Of a stretch of 64,000 bases of DNA, positions 12,875 to 27,500 are shown in pieces. Position 1 is the stretch's first letter; every line of letters starts with the position of its first letter. The position numbers and the translations under genes were made by a program. Source of the stretch: Tubiluchus corallicola (lineage: Eukaryota > Animalia > Priapulida); assembly GCA_030141605.1 (NCBI GenBank), contig JAQGDQ010000082.1:372001-436000 (forward strand). Reading direction: 5' to 3'. The notes beneath the pieces were generated by a model that searched no databases, was not told the origin of the DNA, and saw only the letters and a program-made list of their open reading frames with translations.

Positions 12875-15800
12875 CCTCTCTGTTTTTCTCTCTCTCGCTT
12901 TTTCCTTGCAAGAAATGAAAACTTGTTGACTTAATCACAGAAAGTATAAATTGTCCAAGAACCGCTTGCTGGGAAATTTTTTCCGATTTTGACAAGTTTG
13001 TGGAAATCTTAATACTCCCTCGCTGATTTATGCTTGCCATCCAATTTTCCGTTATTGGTCTTTTTGCCCGGCCCTTCGACGAAGCCATCCCGAATTTATC
13101 GGCAGATTCATCCAGTCTGTCAGTTTTCAATCACCATACATCGCCATTAGCGAGGTTGAGCGGAACTTTCAAACGTTCAGCAATTTGACGCAAGTTCACT
13201 AGCGGAGGTTTTCACAAAGATTGAGGCACAGATAAGAGAGACGGACAAATCCGCTAAGCTTTCACTGATTAATTACTATAAGAGATGCTCTGCTGATCAG
13301 GACCTCCGACTGACGATAGACTGGAGCTGAGTTTAGTGCATTTACAAAAGCGGATTTTTGCTGCTTCGAAACAACGTTGTAAATGACAACAATCATACCA
13401 CGTGCATGAAATAAACAGACTACAGAACAATGTCTATCAGAGAAACAATTGTGCGATAAAACACGTTGGACTGTTGCATGAACCGTTTTAAAACAAATAA
13501 AAGTTAGGAATGTTATAAATTTCGTTCATTGTTTGGTTTCAGTAATTCAAAATATCTACCACAGCTACCTACAATCCTACAAATTCTACAAAAGATAAAA
13601 GTCCGCAGTAATAAAAGACGTGTTCATGGTAATGAATATGACTATGCAAAGTAACTTTTTGGGATTCAGGTTTTCCTCTGGTTAAAATTTTCTTGTGCCG
13701 CATCGGTGCACAACCACTTCCAATGAATTTTAGTTTCTAGTTGCGTTATAATGAGCTGTAATTCACTCCCGTTTGTGCAGTGCGTTGGCACTCTTTACAT
13801 GTTTTTTTAATTCAATTCCGTTTATTTCGTAGAGACTACAAAATAATCTTACAATTTAGTTACTACCATCCAGTTCCTTAATTCAACAATAAGTAAGGGT
13901 CTTGAGACCTAAGAAGCATTACAAGTCTTTAATTTATTTTATTTAAACTTTTCTCGGCACATAAAAATGCTGTGATAAAATTAAAATTGGCGCTAAAATC
14001 TAAGAAACACTATATGTCATACACTATCAAAAGAACTACGAATATATACAAAAATATAATAAAAGTATATACAGAATTTAAAACTAATAGGCATCAATTA
14101 AAAAACCAGCAGCTGCTGCATCGAATTTATATATATCACACCATCTCCTAACAATTTACTATAAAATCGTACATCAGTTTGGTGGCATACATGATTTACA
14201 ATACAATTTGCGGAACCAATCATTCATGTTCTTAAACTATACGCAGAGTGACGCAACAGTACTTTAATATGTTTTTTCTTTATTATTTTCTGTGCATTAT
14301 GTATAAAATGGCGTATCGTAAGCTTAACATGCGATACTAGTGTAACTTACAACTGTAACAAAATAAATCATTAGTATTAACAATATTGAAGACTAGATAA
14401 AAGTTGCGAAATTCATAGATTTGACTGATGTTGGGCGCTGTATACAGTGGGAAGTTTGACTGCAGCAACTATAATTGAAAAATGAATTTTGATGTGCACG
14501 ACATTTGTGATAAATATCACATTAAATATTAGCCATCCACTAACCCAAGGTCAACAATCTTCTACAACCGTCAAAGCGCTACAGTACACGATAACCAAGA
14601 GCAAAGAGAAATGTCTTTTTGATCCTGAGAGGCCTGTATCATTTTTCAAGAGCATGGACAACAATTGTGATCAACTCAACGAAGCCCGCTATATTTATTA
14701 CGGAGCTACTAAATCTTTCATCGTCCTGGACCGCTGCGACCATCCCGACAAGATATGACTCATGAATTAGCCAGATGAACTCGCTACATACCGACACAGT
14801 TAAGGCAAATTATGAAAAATTCTCAAACACGAGAGATGAAATCCTCAGGCGCAGATCTCTTTATGGTCTCGGTTATTTGTTCTTTATAGTTGTGTAGTTT
14901 ACAACATCGTGGGAATACGACTAGCTGATGGTTTGACTGGAGTTGAATGGAATTTTCACAATTACTGATGATATCATGCACACTTAGGAGGCGAGCCTAA
15001 AATGGGGACTCCAGAAATGGGGGCGCATATTAAGCAAAGCAGGTAACTATTCTACGCAAAAGCGGTATCGCAGCACCAGTTTAGCGATTTTGCAGTAGTG
15101 TCTCTAACTAGCTTCTAGAACCTGCTAAATGATGTGGAGATAGTAGAGGGCGCCACGCGCTCTTGGAGAAGCCCTAGCACTTTCAGCTCTTTGTAACGTT
15201 ATGAGAGGCCGGGGCAATGAAAATTTAATATGTATGGCACGCCGCATTCGCATAACAATGAAAGCTTTTCATGTGAATGAATTCTTTTGACTACAGTGCT
15301 GAAATTTGCATATTGTCAATTGCTGTGTTGATTTTTCAAAATAGAAGAAAGTCCATTGAGGGTATAATATTGAATTAAACAGATAATGAAGATGGCGGGG
15401 CTTATCGTATAAAATAAAATAATAAGCCAGCACTATTGGCTAAAGAACAATAAGGCGTTGCACAGCTATTGAAGTTCTTTTCACTAATACCCATTTTCTT
15501 AGTTTATTTTAGCTTTAATTTAAATTTTCCTGAAGGAGCATATGACGTGTATCTCTTCCACTTGAAATTTTTATGGTGCTCTGCAAGCAATCTAAGTGAC
15601 AATGCATACTTAAGGAGGAGACGGTAGAGGGACCGGAACCTATAACTAATTATCAAGAATTTATCTTCTGAAACAAGAAATTCAAGCGGCAAACGTGTCC
15701 TAGCCCCATTAAGGTGCGCATACATTTTACAACTGGAGAAACAACAGGGGTAATTTATTTAGTGAAAGCACTCAAAAGCGATGTTCCTGCTGGTCACGTA

Positions 15801-16469
15801 TCCATTTACTAACTATTCTTGGCATTGCTTAACTTCGCGGCCAAGCAAACATCGGGAGAGATCAGTTAGTCTGCTCAATCAACAAACTAAATCATCACAA
15901 TAATACCAGTAAACATATATGAAGAAATGGATGATTTCGCAAGAAATACATAGTAGAGTTTGTCAAACAGTTACCAAAGTGGTACATTTCTAACTTGCCA
16001 GATTTGATACTAAATAACAAACTGTTCTGAAATACAGTTTCGTGACAAGTTTAGCCAATTTTTGCATTCTCTGGGTTTTTTAAGACCCTAAATGAATTAT
16101 TTCCTTTAACATAGATATGTTTTCTACTTGGTCTGTTGCTTTAACTCCACCATTTGTTGAGAATTTTAAACGTCACGATGAACACCCAACAAACGTGCAA
16201 AATCCACCATATAAATTAAGTAATTTGAATTTTCATCAAAGCATTCGTCATAAGTCTCTAGCTGACAAGTAATATAACAACGCCTTGTTATTCGCTTCTC
16301 AAAGCAGAACAGATTCAAAGTCAAGGAAAAGCTGAATCAATATTGTTGGAATTAGTGTGAATGTCAGTCGTGACAATGAAGCAAAGCAATAATCTTTATG
16401 AAGTTGAAGCAAATAAATTCACTTTGACGTACCTTGAAAAAAAATTCTTTCCGTTAGTTGATTTTTGTA

Positions 16470-16625
16470 GGTTTGTTTGTTTGTTTGTTTGTTTGTCATT
16501 TCGTTCGTTCATTTGTTCGTTGGTTGGTTGCTTGGTTGATTGGTTCGTTCGTTCGCCCGTTCTTTCGCTCGTTCGTATGTTTGTTAGTTCGTTTGTCCGT
16601 TCGTTTGATTGGTGATTGGTTGGTT
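16470..16625. repeat. Degenerate (GTTT/GTTC/GTTG)n tetranucleotide repeat
   Basis: Seen directly. Confidence 0.85.
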
Positions 16626-17224
16626 GGATCTACTCTTTGATTGAACTTTCTTCTTTCAATTTCTTTTACCTTTCACCTGCTTTCTTCAGTGTTTTTTTCA
16701 TTATTTCGTTTGTTTTACATTTTTCGTTTTTCTTTTATATAAATTTGTTTCTACATAATTAAATAGTATCGCCTTGTTTACACAATTCTACGTATACTTC
16801 CTCCTCAAGATGCATAATCTCCCCCTCCCACAAGCCCAACGTCTTCCCAACAAATTCTGCAATAGCTAATAATTGATCTAAGGGCGTGACGGAATGCCCT
16901 CGGAAATACCACATCCACCAGAACAGACAGAGATGAGTCAAGCACGCATTAGAATTTTCATGAGGGCATACCGGAAATCCGAAAAGACGAAGAGGAAATC
17001 GGAGATGGCTGAATAAATTTAAAAGCCAAGTTGTTATTGAGAAACAACATTTTCGCTGCGCCAGTGACATTGAGATATTTACTGCGGTTTATTAAGATGA
17101 CAAATGACGCAAAACTCAGCTGAAACAATCATAACTGTTATTTTAGTAAATATGATTTAGTATACGTTCCGAAAATCAAAGAAAAGGGTTCCTATTATAA
17201 AAGTTATGCCAGATGAGTGGCCTA

Positions 17225-17412
17225 ATGGCGCGCTCAAATGTAGGACTACTCTCGTCGCACGTGTGAACGGCTTGGCAACTTCTCGCGCAACTTATTGCAC
17301 TCTCAATGAGAATTGCTGAGAGGTTACCAAACTGTTCACACGCGCAACTTTACTCTCAGAGAGAAGTTATGCAACAAGTTGCGTGGTAAATCTGAATGTC
17401 TGAACGCGCCAT
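17225..17412. mobile_element. Palindromic MITE-like element
   Basis: TA|ATGGCGCGCTCA ... TGAACGCGCCAT|TA terminal inverted repeat, plus an internal inverted pair CGTGTGAACGGCTTGGCAAC / GTTACCAAACTGTTCACACG. Superfamily uncertain. Confidence 0.65.
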
Positions 17413-19559
17413 TAGAAACCCATGCTTTATAGCTGCAGCACACTTGCAAACTTGTAAACACATTAGTAGGCCCTATGACGTATAAAGTACAGTTTTACAT
17501 TTTATATATAAATGTATATGTTTTTCATTGTTATATAAGATTGCGTAATATAAATGAAATTAAATGAAAAGTGCTCATTTAAAATGCTAGAGCTCTCCTG
17601 AGACTTGTCATCTTTAACATAAATAAAAGAAAATAAAACGGCACTTAACATGAATTAAAAAGCATTAAACGTTTTATTCATATTAAAAGCGCTCATTGTT
17701 TATTAACAAAAAAAAGTTGAAAGTGAATAGATCCTTGATTTCGTCTTAGTTTAAATATAATTTACTTGGTTTAGAACTTAATCAAGCTGAACCGAATTAC
17801 CGAATTGTTAAAACTCCTCAACCGAATAGTTAAAATTAGTTGACGAGAGTAGTTTATAAACTGTGTTAAAACTATTTAAATTGACGGGCAACTTGTCCAA
17901 CGCAACTAACGATTCAGTTTGATTCTCGTTAAGTTAATTTTACCTACTGATACAGAGCTTACAAAAACACCACCTTTCCTCTCCTTCTCTATCTCTATTT
18001 CATTTTCTCCGTCATAATTTGAATAATTCGATTAATTCAAATTATTGCCTAATCTTTTTTAGATATTAGCTGAGTGTATATTTAGTTTTTGTACGAATCT
18101 AACTAGTTTTTGAGGTAAGTGATCTACTTATGGTGCTGTACAACCACTTAGCTCTTAACCTGCTTATAAATCCGGGTTGCCTTCGGGCTTCTTATCTGTG
18201 GAATTTTTCTATTAGAACATTGTTTAGAACTATTAGAATTCTCTTATTAGAACATTTTCTAAAAACCGCAACCTCATTCAAGAAGAACATGCAACATATT
18301 TTTTCTATTCACTGGCAAATTAGTTAGGTAATTAATTAGTTAATTAGTTAATAGGATTCTGTTTCTCCAAACATTTATTTACACGTTCATCTTTTTACTG
18401 TAGCCTCTTACCTTAAGTTGTATGGTTGCACAAGTTATTAAGTACTACGCCAGTTACAGCATGATTCCCACTAATTCACAGAAATTCTGAAATTTTTGCG
18501 TGATTCACTCCACCCTAATCCTTCCTACACTACCACTGTTTCACTACTTTTAATCGACGGAATTTTTCGTGTTCGGTCATTAATTCTGAAATGCGTGGTG
18601 ACTCACTACCACGCTGTGACACTAATGGTAACATTTTTGCAAAAAAACTCGAATGCTGGTGTCTCATGACCCGAGTTATGTATGGCATCACATTGCTCGA
18701 CATTTCTGGTCGTCCACCCTCAAGTATTAACGCCCATTATTCATTATCTACTGGAATCGTTATTAATGGTTCGTTGTAGAAAAGACATAGAAAAGTCAGC
18801 GCCCAAGACAAAATCATGTAGATCATGTAAAGTGTTATGTAGATACTGTTTCGCTATGATGCATCATCGATACCGTTTTCGTTAACAAACGATTAAAAAA
18901 ACATTCACCGTACCCAAAAATTCAGCAACAAAAATTCAACACATAAATTGAAAGTAAGGTTGGGTTGGGTTCCCGCTCAACTATAATTCTAACTCTAAAT
19001 TCAAATACATAACTAAATTTTGTTCCATTTGAGAGACAGATTTGAGTCTGTGGATAGCTTTGCAGTTTAGTTTAGCAGTATACTCGTTTTTATGACACTC
19101 TTTTTGAGTAATCCAAAGGTAAAACGAAGCCTTACGCCCAAGCATAAGACACGCACATCCTAATATGGCACCGCCAACTTTATCAGTCATTAATTGTTAT
19201 AACCCTAATTGATTCATTTTGTTACTGACATCAGCAATATGGAAGCCGCTGGAATTCAATGGAGCCTAACAATAGGCTTACTCAATACTTTCGCTCAATT
19301 AACTCGCAATCGGAAGAGATTTTCATGAAGCATTTTTTTCTGATTCACAGATTTTGCAATAAAAACATGCGCTATAATGAGTGTTACAATAATAACAACA
19401 TTATGTGCTTGATGACATCATTTGAAGATATGCAAGCCAGTATGACCGATAACAGTTGACGCTCTTTCAACGTCTCATTTCGTCTGTTATAAACAACTAG
19501 ACACTGAGGCATTACCATTTGTTAGACCATTCCTCTCCTATCTGTAGCTAACAGCGTAA

Positions 19560-19800
19560 GCACGTTTGCTGCTAAAGCAGGATCTTGCTAAAGTTGTTGG
19601 AATTTTTCATTAAGTTAGCTATTCAAGTTGTTTCTAGTTTGCCAGGTGGTTTTTTGCAAGTTTCAAGGCTTCCTTTAAGGAGATTCTTACTAAAGTTTCA
19701 CTTGGTATTCTTAGAAGGTTTCCTGGCCATCTTTATTTTCAGAACTTGACTTTTGAACTCCAAGGACTTTCTTTTGTTCTATTGCATGAATCTTCATTTT
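19560..19800 (-). mobile_element. RTE-like LINE 3' remnant
   Basis: Minus strand reads RWPGNLLRIPSETLVRISLKEALKLAK-(frameshift)-KPPGKLETT*I, resembling the RTE C-terminal pattern RWxGHxxR...RPxGRPKxTW. Confidence 0.6.
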
Positions 19801-20871
19801 TGATTATGTACGGTCTAGTTGACGCTCAACATTACAAAAATCAAAGCATCTTTCATCTAATATGAGAAACACACGTGAATAAAACATGTTACCAGTTGGA
19901 GTTAAACATTGCTTTTTTAAATTACATTTCGATATAAACTACAATTTTTCTCGGTTACTGCTGCTTTTATTTGGTTTGCGTTACTTTTAGTTTTTTTTTG
20001 GTATGCCACATAAAATTTTACAATATCGTGACTTTAAACTAAATAAATGATGCATACTTGGTACACCATGTATAGGTTATCCTGATATCTCGCACTTATG
20101 TTTTAAATATAAGTTCTGACTCGCATGTATTAAGTTGCCATAGCATTTATCTTGAAAAAATTAAAACAAGAATTAATTAATAATTACTTTAATGATGTTA
20201 TACTGTTGTTTAAAGCTCATCTGAAACTTCATGCTCGGAATAACTTTGGCTTCGTTGCAGGTTATAAACGTCAAATATGACGGCTTCCTTTCCACCTTCC
20301 CACCCCCAAGCAAAATAGTGTCTAAATTCAAACAAATTATAGGTCATCAACTCCTCATGACACATCGCTTCTCTTCCACATTGGCTTCATTATATCTGCA
20401 TCTCATGATCACACGTTATGTGATTGTAGGCCAGCCACAGTTTTCAGTGATTGTGTCCCACAATGCTCGTTCTAGTGTTTACCCAGACATTAGTCCTCGA
20501 AAATTACACAAATTTGTACGTAGATTGTTGCCTCGTAACAATACTTCGTTGAACAGAATAAACTCAATTATAACTAAGCAGATGAGGTCATAAATGTTAG
20601 TGTTGACAACTCATCGGCGATTAAAACGAGTTAAGAAATGTGAATCATTTTAATGTTGGTTTTTTCAACGCCATGAGCCACTGCAAATCATAATCTAGAA
20701 CACTTCGAATTTGTTTTTTGCAGAAAATTGTAGCAGGAACGGAATTTAGCTCATTACCAAGGCTAACTTTCTAAGATGACGTTTCTTAACCACGTTCAGA
20801 TATATATATATATACATAGTTCCAAACAATATGTCGTTTGGTCAGGGCCGCCAAGTACAAATAGTGAACTT

Positions 20872-20935
20872 GGCGGTCACCTATCCATTTACTGACTAGG
20901 TTTAGCTGAGCGTAGTTTAGTTTCTCACTCGGTCG
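20872..20935 (-). mobile_element. 5S rRNA-like fragment, probably SINE-derived
   Basis: Minus strand GAAACTAAAC...CCTAGTCAGTAAATGGATAGGTGACCGCC resembles the 5S internal control region CCTGGTTAGTACTTGGATGGGAGACCGCC. Partial and diverged. Confidence 0.45.
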
Positions 20936-21089
20936 TTCCCTTCATTGAAAAAACTAAATTTTGTGTTCAAATTGTGAGTAAATCATAGCTTTATTGGTGT
21001 TTACCGAAAAAAAAGTGTTTGTAACGGAAAGAAATAACACAAATGAATGAGGAAAAGAACAAAAGAACAGATAGGAGGGTGATTTCTGG

Positions 21090-21265
21090 AGGAGAGTAAT
21101 GGAGAGGAGAGGAGGCTGCGAAAAGATGAGCGGAGAGGAGAGAAAAAGAAAGGGAAGAGAGGAGAAGAGAGGAGAGAGAAGAAGAGAGGAGGGGAGGGAG
21201 AGGATGAAGAGAAGAAGAGAAGAGAGAGGGAGGAGAAAGGAGAGAAAAGAAAAGGAGAGGGGAGG
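21090..21265. repeat. Polypurine (GA-rich) low-complexity tract
   Basis: Seen directly. Confidence 0.85.
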
Positions 21266-21686
21266 AATGACTTTTCATTCTGTTTACTATAGAACGTGTC
21301 ATGTAATCTCCTACGTCACGTGATCTTTCTGCGACATGCAAATGAAAATGATTTTTCCAATTAAACGTCGTTCTAGCGGTTGCTTAAACCGACTTCTCTG
21401 GAGATGGTGACGAAACAAAATGCAAATATTATGCAAATGTCTGATATCATTTTAACATTCTGTCGCAAAGAGACTGCCAACTTAATTGCTTTGCAAGGCA
21501 ACTAGTGGACGACAGGATATGGGTAGTGTATGATTAACTGCAGACAGGGAATCAATTCCACATTAGTTAAACATTAGTTTAAATTCCTTTTAGGGAGAAC
21601 TTAATTGAGCCTTTTCGTTGGATTTGGTGTGCTTTACTCACCATAGAAACCGTAACTGGAGTATACAGTCTCTAAAATATTGTGTA

Positions 21687-21843
21687 GTATGTATGTATGT
21701 ATGTATGTATGTATGTATGTATGTATGTATGTATGTATGTATGTATGTATGTATGTATGTATGTATGTATGTATGTATATATGTAAGTATGTATGTACAT
21801 GTGGTGGTGGTGCAGTGGTGTTATTGTTGTTGTTGTTGTTGTT
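21687..21843. repeat. (GTAT)n followed by short (GGT)/(GTT) repeats
   Basis: Seen directly; source of the CMYV and IHTY ORFs. Confidence 0.95.
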
Positions 21844-23034
21844 CCGTAATATGATCCGTATGTTCCTTAAAAGTCTAGTTACCAAATACCATTTGCGAAG
21901 TTTATTTTTCGATTGATTACAGTAATAATAATTAATACTAATTAGCTATTTATAATTTTATTATAATTATTAAGTGGATACAGCCAGGTCGATCTTTGTA
22001 TTTAAAGTAACGTCTTTTCTGTAATTCAGCTTAACTTGCAACAGTTGGATAAAGTAGCATTTTTTCTGCTAAACTAAAGCGTGTTTTTTTCGCAAATAGA
22101 AAAGTCGACGTAATGGCTTTTAAGTTAAGTAACCAGTCGACTGTCTCAAGCTTCAACTAGCTGCATTTGTTCACATGTTCTGCTTCGGTTTCGGTCTAAT
22201 GGCTAAAATGGACAGATGTTTTAAATTTTCTGAACAGGAAAATTCCCAGTTTCCGACACAATTAGTCGCGCTGAGTGACACGGTTTATTTAGCTACAGCT
22301 GAAGTTACAGGAAAAACTGTCTATGTAGATATAAATGTTTAGGCAATGCTCTTTAATTGCTTAGGTCTGTAGTGATACTAAGAAAAATACAACAGAGATC
22401 TTTTACTACTATTACATATGTAGACTTCACTATTAAACAATTTGTTCTTGTTTTAGTTGATGTGAGCGGAAAAATAATAGCATGTGGTGTTAAACGCATT
22501 CGCTAACATGAGCCGCCGAGTCTTTCTATGGTGATCTTTCTAGTAAGTAATAACAAGTATACCACATAATCTGTAATAGTACACTAAGCCTGATCATCTG
22601 CTAACGCATTAAATTTTCTATGACGTGACCATCTTCTCCAAAAGCAAAGTACCGTTGAAGAGCAAGGAGGATATAATGCTACTTTTGTTAGCAACAAATG
22701 ACAAAGTCTTTCTTGGTGTCGACATTGATTACTCATTTATTGTATGGCCTTCGTTATCACCAGATATCTATCCACATTACATGGTAATTGGCCTCAGTTA
22801 GTCATTTAATAGGAGCTGATGTGTATTAGAAAGATATAATTTAGCCCTTGACGGTAAGTAGCATTACTATTATAGCGGTTTTATACACTGATACCACTTA
22901 GTGAATTCGGATGCCATAATTTGTCACGGATTTTTGACTCCAGTTTATCAGACAAAGCTACATAAGGCCCCAAATTTGATCTAATAAATTTGTTTGTAGT
23001 GGACAATTTTACAACTATTACACGTAGGATACTC

Positions 23035-23037
<3 letters not shown>

Positions 23038-23067
<30 letters not shown>

Positions 23068-23314
23068 CATACATACATACATACATACATACATACATAC
23101 ATACATACATACATACATACGTACATACGTACATACGTACATACGTACATACGTACATACGTACATACGTACATACATACATACATACATACATACATAC
23201 ATACATACATACATACATACATACATACATACATACATACATACATACATACATACATACATACATACGTACGTACGTACGCACGTACGCACGCACGCAC
23301 GCACGCACGCACGC
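23038..23314. repeat. Compound (ACAT)n/(ACGT)n/(ACGC)n microsatellite
   Basis: Seen directly. Confidence 0.97.
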
Positions 23315-24489
23315 AAAACTTTCCGGCTGTCTTAACAGAGGCAGAAATTGTCGATTGAACTGTAGATACTCGTAGTTGTGGTCGTCGCTGTGCGGATGGT
23401 AATTTAAATTTTGGTTATTTGTTAATAATAGTATAAACCCACAGTTAACTGAATTAGACATTAAAATTATGTATTGATTAAAGCATAATTAACTAATATT
23501 AATTAATTGTTGGTTATTACTATATGTATATCATCCTTTCTGGGATCGTTTTTAATCTCGCAAAATCGAGTAAACGATTGGGTCAATATGCTTAGATTAA
23601 TGTCGCTTTTAGAATCTTTATTTATGTCGACACCATAGTAAAATATGGGTCAGTAATTTTTATTTGATTTAACCAAGACTAAACATTAAACATTACTTTT
23701 TCAATCCAAGTCAGCTCAAAATTACTCAATTTATTTTTTATTTAATGTTATTCAACTTTGGCGACGTACCATCGTGGCTGGGATTGTTTTGTCTGTCGCC
23801 TTTAATGTATAAAAGTCAAAAACCACATATCTGACACCAGGTTTAACATTTTACTCACCTTCGCGCTGCCTGAGTACTAGACTATCCACTATTAATGCTC
23901 TCAAGGTCAATAATGCGCACATATCCACGTAGTATGCAAATAAGCCAAAATTTTTGTTTAAAAAATTTCAAAATACTTATCAAATTTTAATAATATTCAA
24001 TGGCGCGATTTCTTTTGTAAGCACGAGGTGTTTGTAAATATACCTACTTAGGCAAGATAGACATTAAAAAGGTGCAATGTTTGGAGCACCCTAATTTTGG
24101 TTTTCTCTTAAACTAAGCTTTTCACACTAGTCCAGTTTTCGCGATGACGATATACAAACTACATAGCAAGTTTAATTTTCAAAGAGCAAAAAATTATTAT
24201 GTCAAAAGGAAAAAGGCGTTGATTTTGACAGTATACATTTACAAGCACAACAAGGTCATGACTTAAAAGATATTGCAATAGTATTACGTGACATCAAATC
24301 ATCACGTTTCCCATGTCTTAGTGGGTGGCATATAATACTTTTTAATTCCTGTTCTTGTGTTCATAAGAAAAAAATGATCTTCTACAGTGTAAGGAGATCG
24401 GACAGCCATGTGCTGGGCAACTGTGGGTAATTGGATCCACATAATCTCCACTGTATATTTGGGATATTCACGTAAGACTAGCTAGGATT

Positions 24490-24492
<3 letters not shown>

Positions 24493-24583
<91 letters not shown>

Positions 24584-24590
24584 CGCTCTC
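24493..24590. repeat. (TC)n microsatellite
   Basis: Seen directly. Confidence 0.95.
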
Positions 24591-27500
24591 TTCTCTACTC
24601 ATTCTTTTAAGCGTTTTTCAGAAATGTTGCATAATTACTTACAATAAACATTTTACATTCCTTCTAGTCCTTCTAAACCTTTAAAACAGAGTTCCATACA
24701 ATGTAAGAAAATGATAAAAGCAACGTATCGTTCAGATAAGGTAATAACTGGCCGGTCACAGTGTGCGCTTGACTCAAAAAATTAAGTAACGTCGAGTAAG
24801 GTTACTAAGTGAATGAGCGACGACTACGACGACATTTCTGAACGTTTCCATTGTCATTCTGCCTCTTGTAAACTACGATGTCATGTAACGTTTTTGATAA
24901 CCTAATTAAATCGAGCAGTTATTTTATTCAGAAAATAAAAATTATGTTTGCAATCATGCGCTTCCTTTTATCTCACAAAAATAATTATTTTTATCCCAGA
25001 AAAATCAAAATAGGGTGTTCGTTATAAAGCAGCGTTCACCTAAAAAGGCTTCGTCATAATAACTTTTGGATTAATAATTCAAAAAGTCAATACAGCAAGA
25101 CATCATTAAATCTAATTATCTTCGTAATTACAAACAGCAATAGCCTAATGACAATAGCTCATTGTGTAGATGGTCAATCGCTAATGGTCAAGTGGTCAAT
25201 GTCAGCACCAATAGTCTTTTATACTGATATCACACTGAACCTAACTGACCATATAGGCTTAGCCTGGTTATACACTAAAGGCGCTGTATATCAACGCGCT
25301 AGATAAAGTTGCTTTAATTTTATTAACGCACGAAAGAAATACTAAATTAGCAAGTCTGAAACTTTCCACACCACTGCGACTCGATCCTAAGATCTTCTGC
25401 TTAACAATGATCAGGAAAATGTTTGAACGTGCTTAGCAGACTTTATGTTTAACAAAAACCCAGCTTTCTGACACGAAATGACTACCGATTTTTGTTCAGT
25501 TTCGTGTACGAGTAGGCACATTGGGAGCTATTTCGAAATTATACGAAATTAAGGCATTTGGCCAGAGCCCATTTTGTCTGATTTTCGATACTCAGGTAAA
25601 ATCCAAGTGAGAAAGTTTCCATTGAAAATTATTTCCAGTCACCTCTATTTGTTTATTATGAAAACTCGCATTAGGCCTATAGCTTAAAACACAACGCCAT
25701 GGAATTCTTTGATGACGCAAAAATGTGCGAAAGTTTGAACTACAGCAGGTGCCTTACAAAGTTAAATTTCACTGTATGTTATCACCGCACATTAGCATCT
25801 GCCTGTGTTAGTTACTTGTTCATGGCTTCTGTGATTTTTAAGTTATAACTAAAAAGCTTTTGCATGTTAAAAATTGAAATGCCGCAACATTGTTAGCTGA
25901 TCATCAACTGAATATAGCCACATTGACTTATAAAGTACTCAGGACATGGAACTGAGCAAAACAATAAATCAACCAGTTTACATCATGGTCTTCACCACAG
26001 AAAATAAGGCACTGACAAAGATTTGATATAAAGAAAATTGACTTGAGCATTTGAACTACGATGCCATAGAATGTACAATGGTCGCACAAAGCTGTTTGAT
26101 GAAGAAGAAGTAAAGGCAAAAACTGTTGAATGCTAAAACCAAATTCTCCATAAGGAAAGGAGGAAGTGTATCAGCTGGCACCTTCGTCTAGTTTGCATTT
26201 GCCATGAATGCTAGCAATAGTGACAGACGAAATTTTTTCAGGCAATTATTAATTTTTTTAACTTGTTTATTTAAAATTTCTGTATCTTTGGAAAAATCTA
26301 AGGGAATGACCTAAAAATTTTGGTGTTTATACATAGACGCATGCAATATCAGTGTGACAATTTCAAACGATTCTATTAGTTTTTCTTACAGTATCATAAT
26401 CAAAACATCGGCGCACTTTTTGTGCCAAGTATAGTAATGTTTTTCTATACAATAAATATATATATAGGCCGGCGAAAAGATAGTGGAAAGTAAATTTATG
26501 AGCGTTGATATTACTCATCATTAAGCGTTACCTAACTTTCAAATCAACGCTTGCAAATTTCCAAAACTAACAAACACTGCCTCTTTCTTACAGGGGGTCT
26601 TTCAACAAAAAAAATAGAGAAAAGCCAGGCGTTCGCGTAACATCAAAACGCCATTCAAAAACAAGCAAAGCAAAATAAATTCCACTTTTTGTTGTGTTAC
26701 TACCAGTCCCATCGTTTCATTAGCTGTCCAGATATAACATTTGATGTATACCATCCATGCAGCTCAACCTCCAATCGCAAAACTTTATGTCAGAGTCAAA
26801 TGAAAATTTATTACAACGAGTGGTGCACGTTTAGAGTCAGAATTTTGACCTCTTTACGAAACAGACAGATATTCTCTGATTTACGGTTAAACATATCAAA
26901 AGATGAAGTTCCAGATAAGATACTTTTCTAGTCTCTGATCTTAGGCCTGTTTTTTATCAGTTTCTTTATTATGGGTGCGAGTTCACTTATTATAAACAAT
27001 CCTATTCAAGAAAAATAAACAAACACACAAAGAAAAAACTGCTTGAAGATCCGCAGAAATGAAATAAAATAGGTGTAAATCAACCTGTGTTTATAAACCA
27101 AAAATACCGATCATTTTGAATCTATGGGAAATCTATGGCAAAATAGTTTAATTTTCTTTTAGTGCCTCTGTAGTGACATTAGACATATAGTCAAGTTAGA
27201 CAGCACTGCAAAACGAAGATAAATTTTGTCAGCAAAAACTATGCATTTGTGCTAGAAGATATTAGATTTGCCCAAAGTGACCTGTTTTCGATTATTTCCT
27301 CTATTAATTTTCAAGAAAAAGCTATGAATGAAACATTGTAATGAAATAGGTATTTTAATTGGTAGTATTATAACGGAAGTTATGGGAAGCCAGTGAAAAT
27401 CATTTACATGGAAACCAGGATCGTCTTTAAAACCTTCACACTTCCGTAGCCTGTTAACTGTTAATATAAGTTCTACAGTTCATGCCTCATGTTTGTTGTC

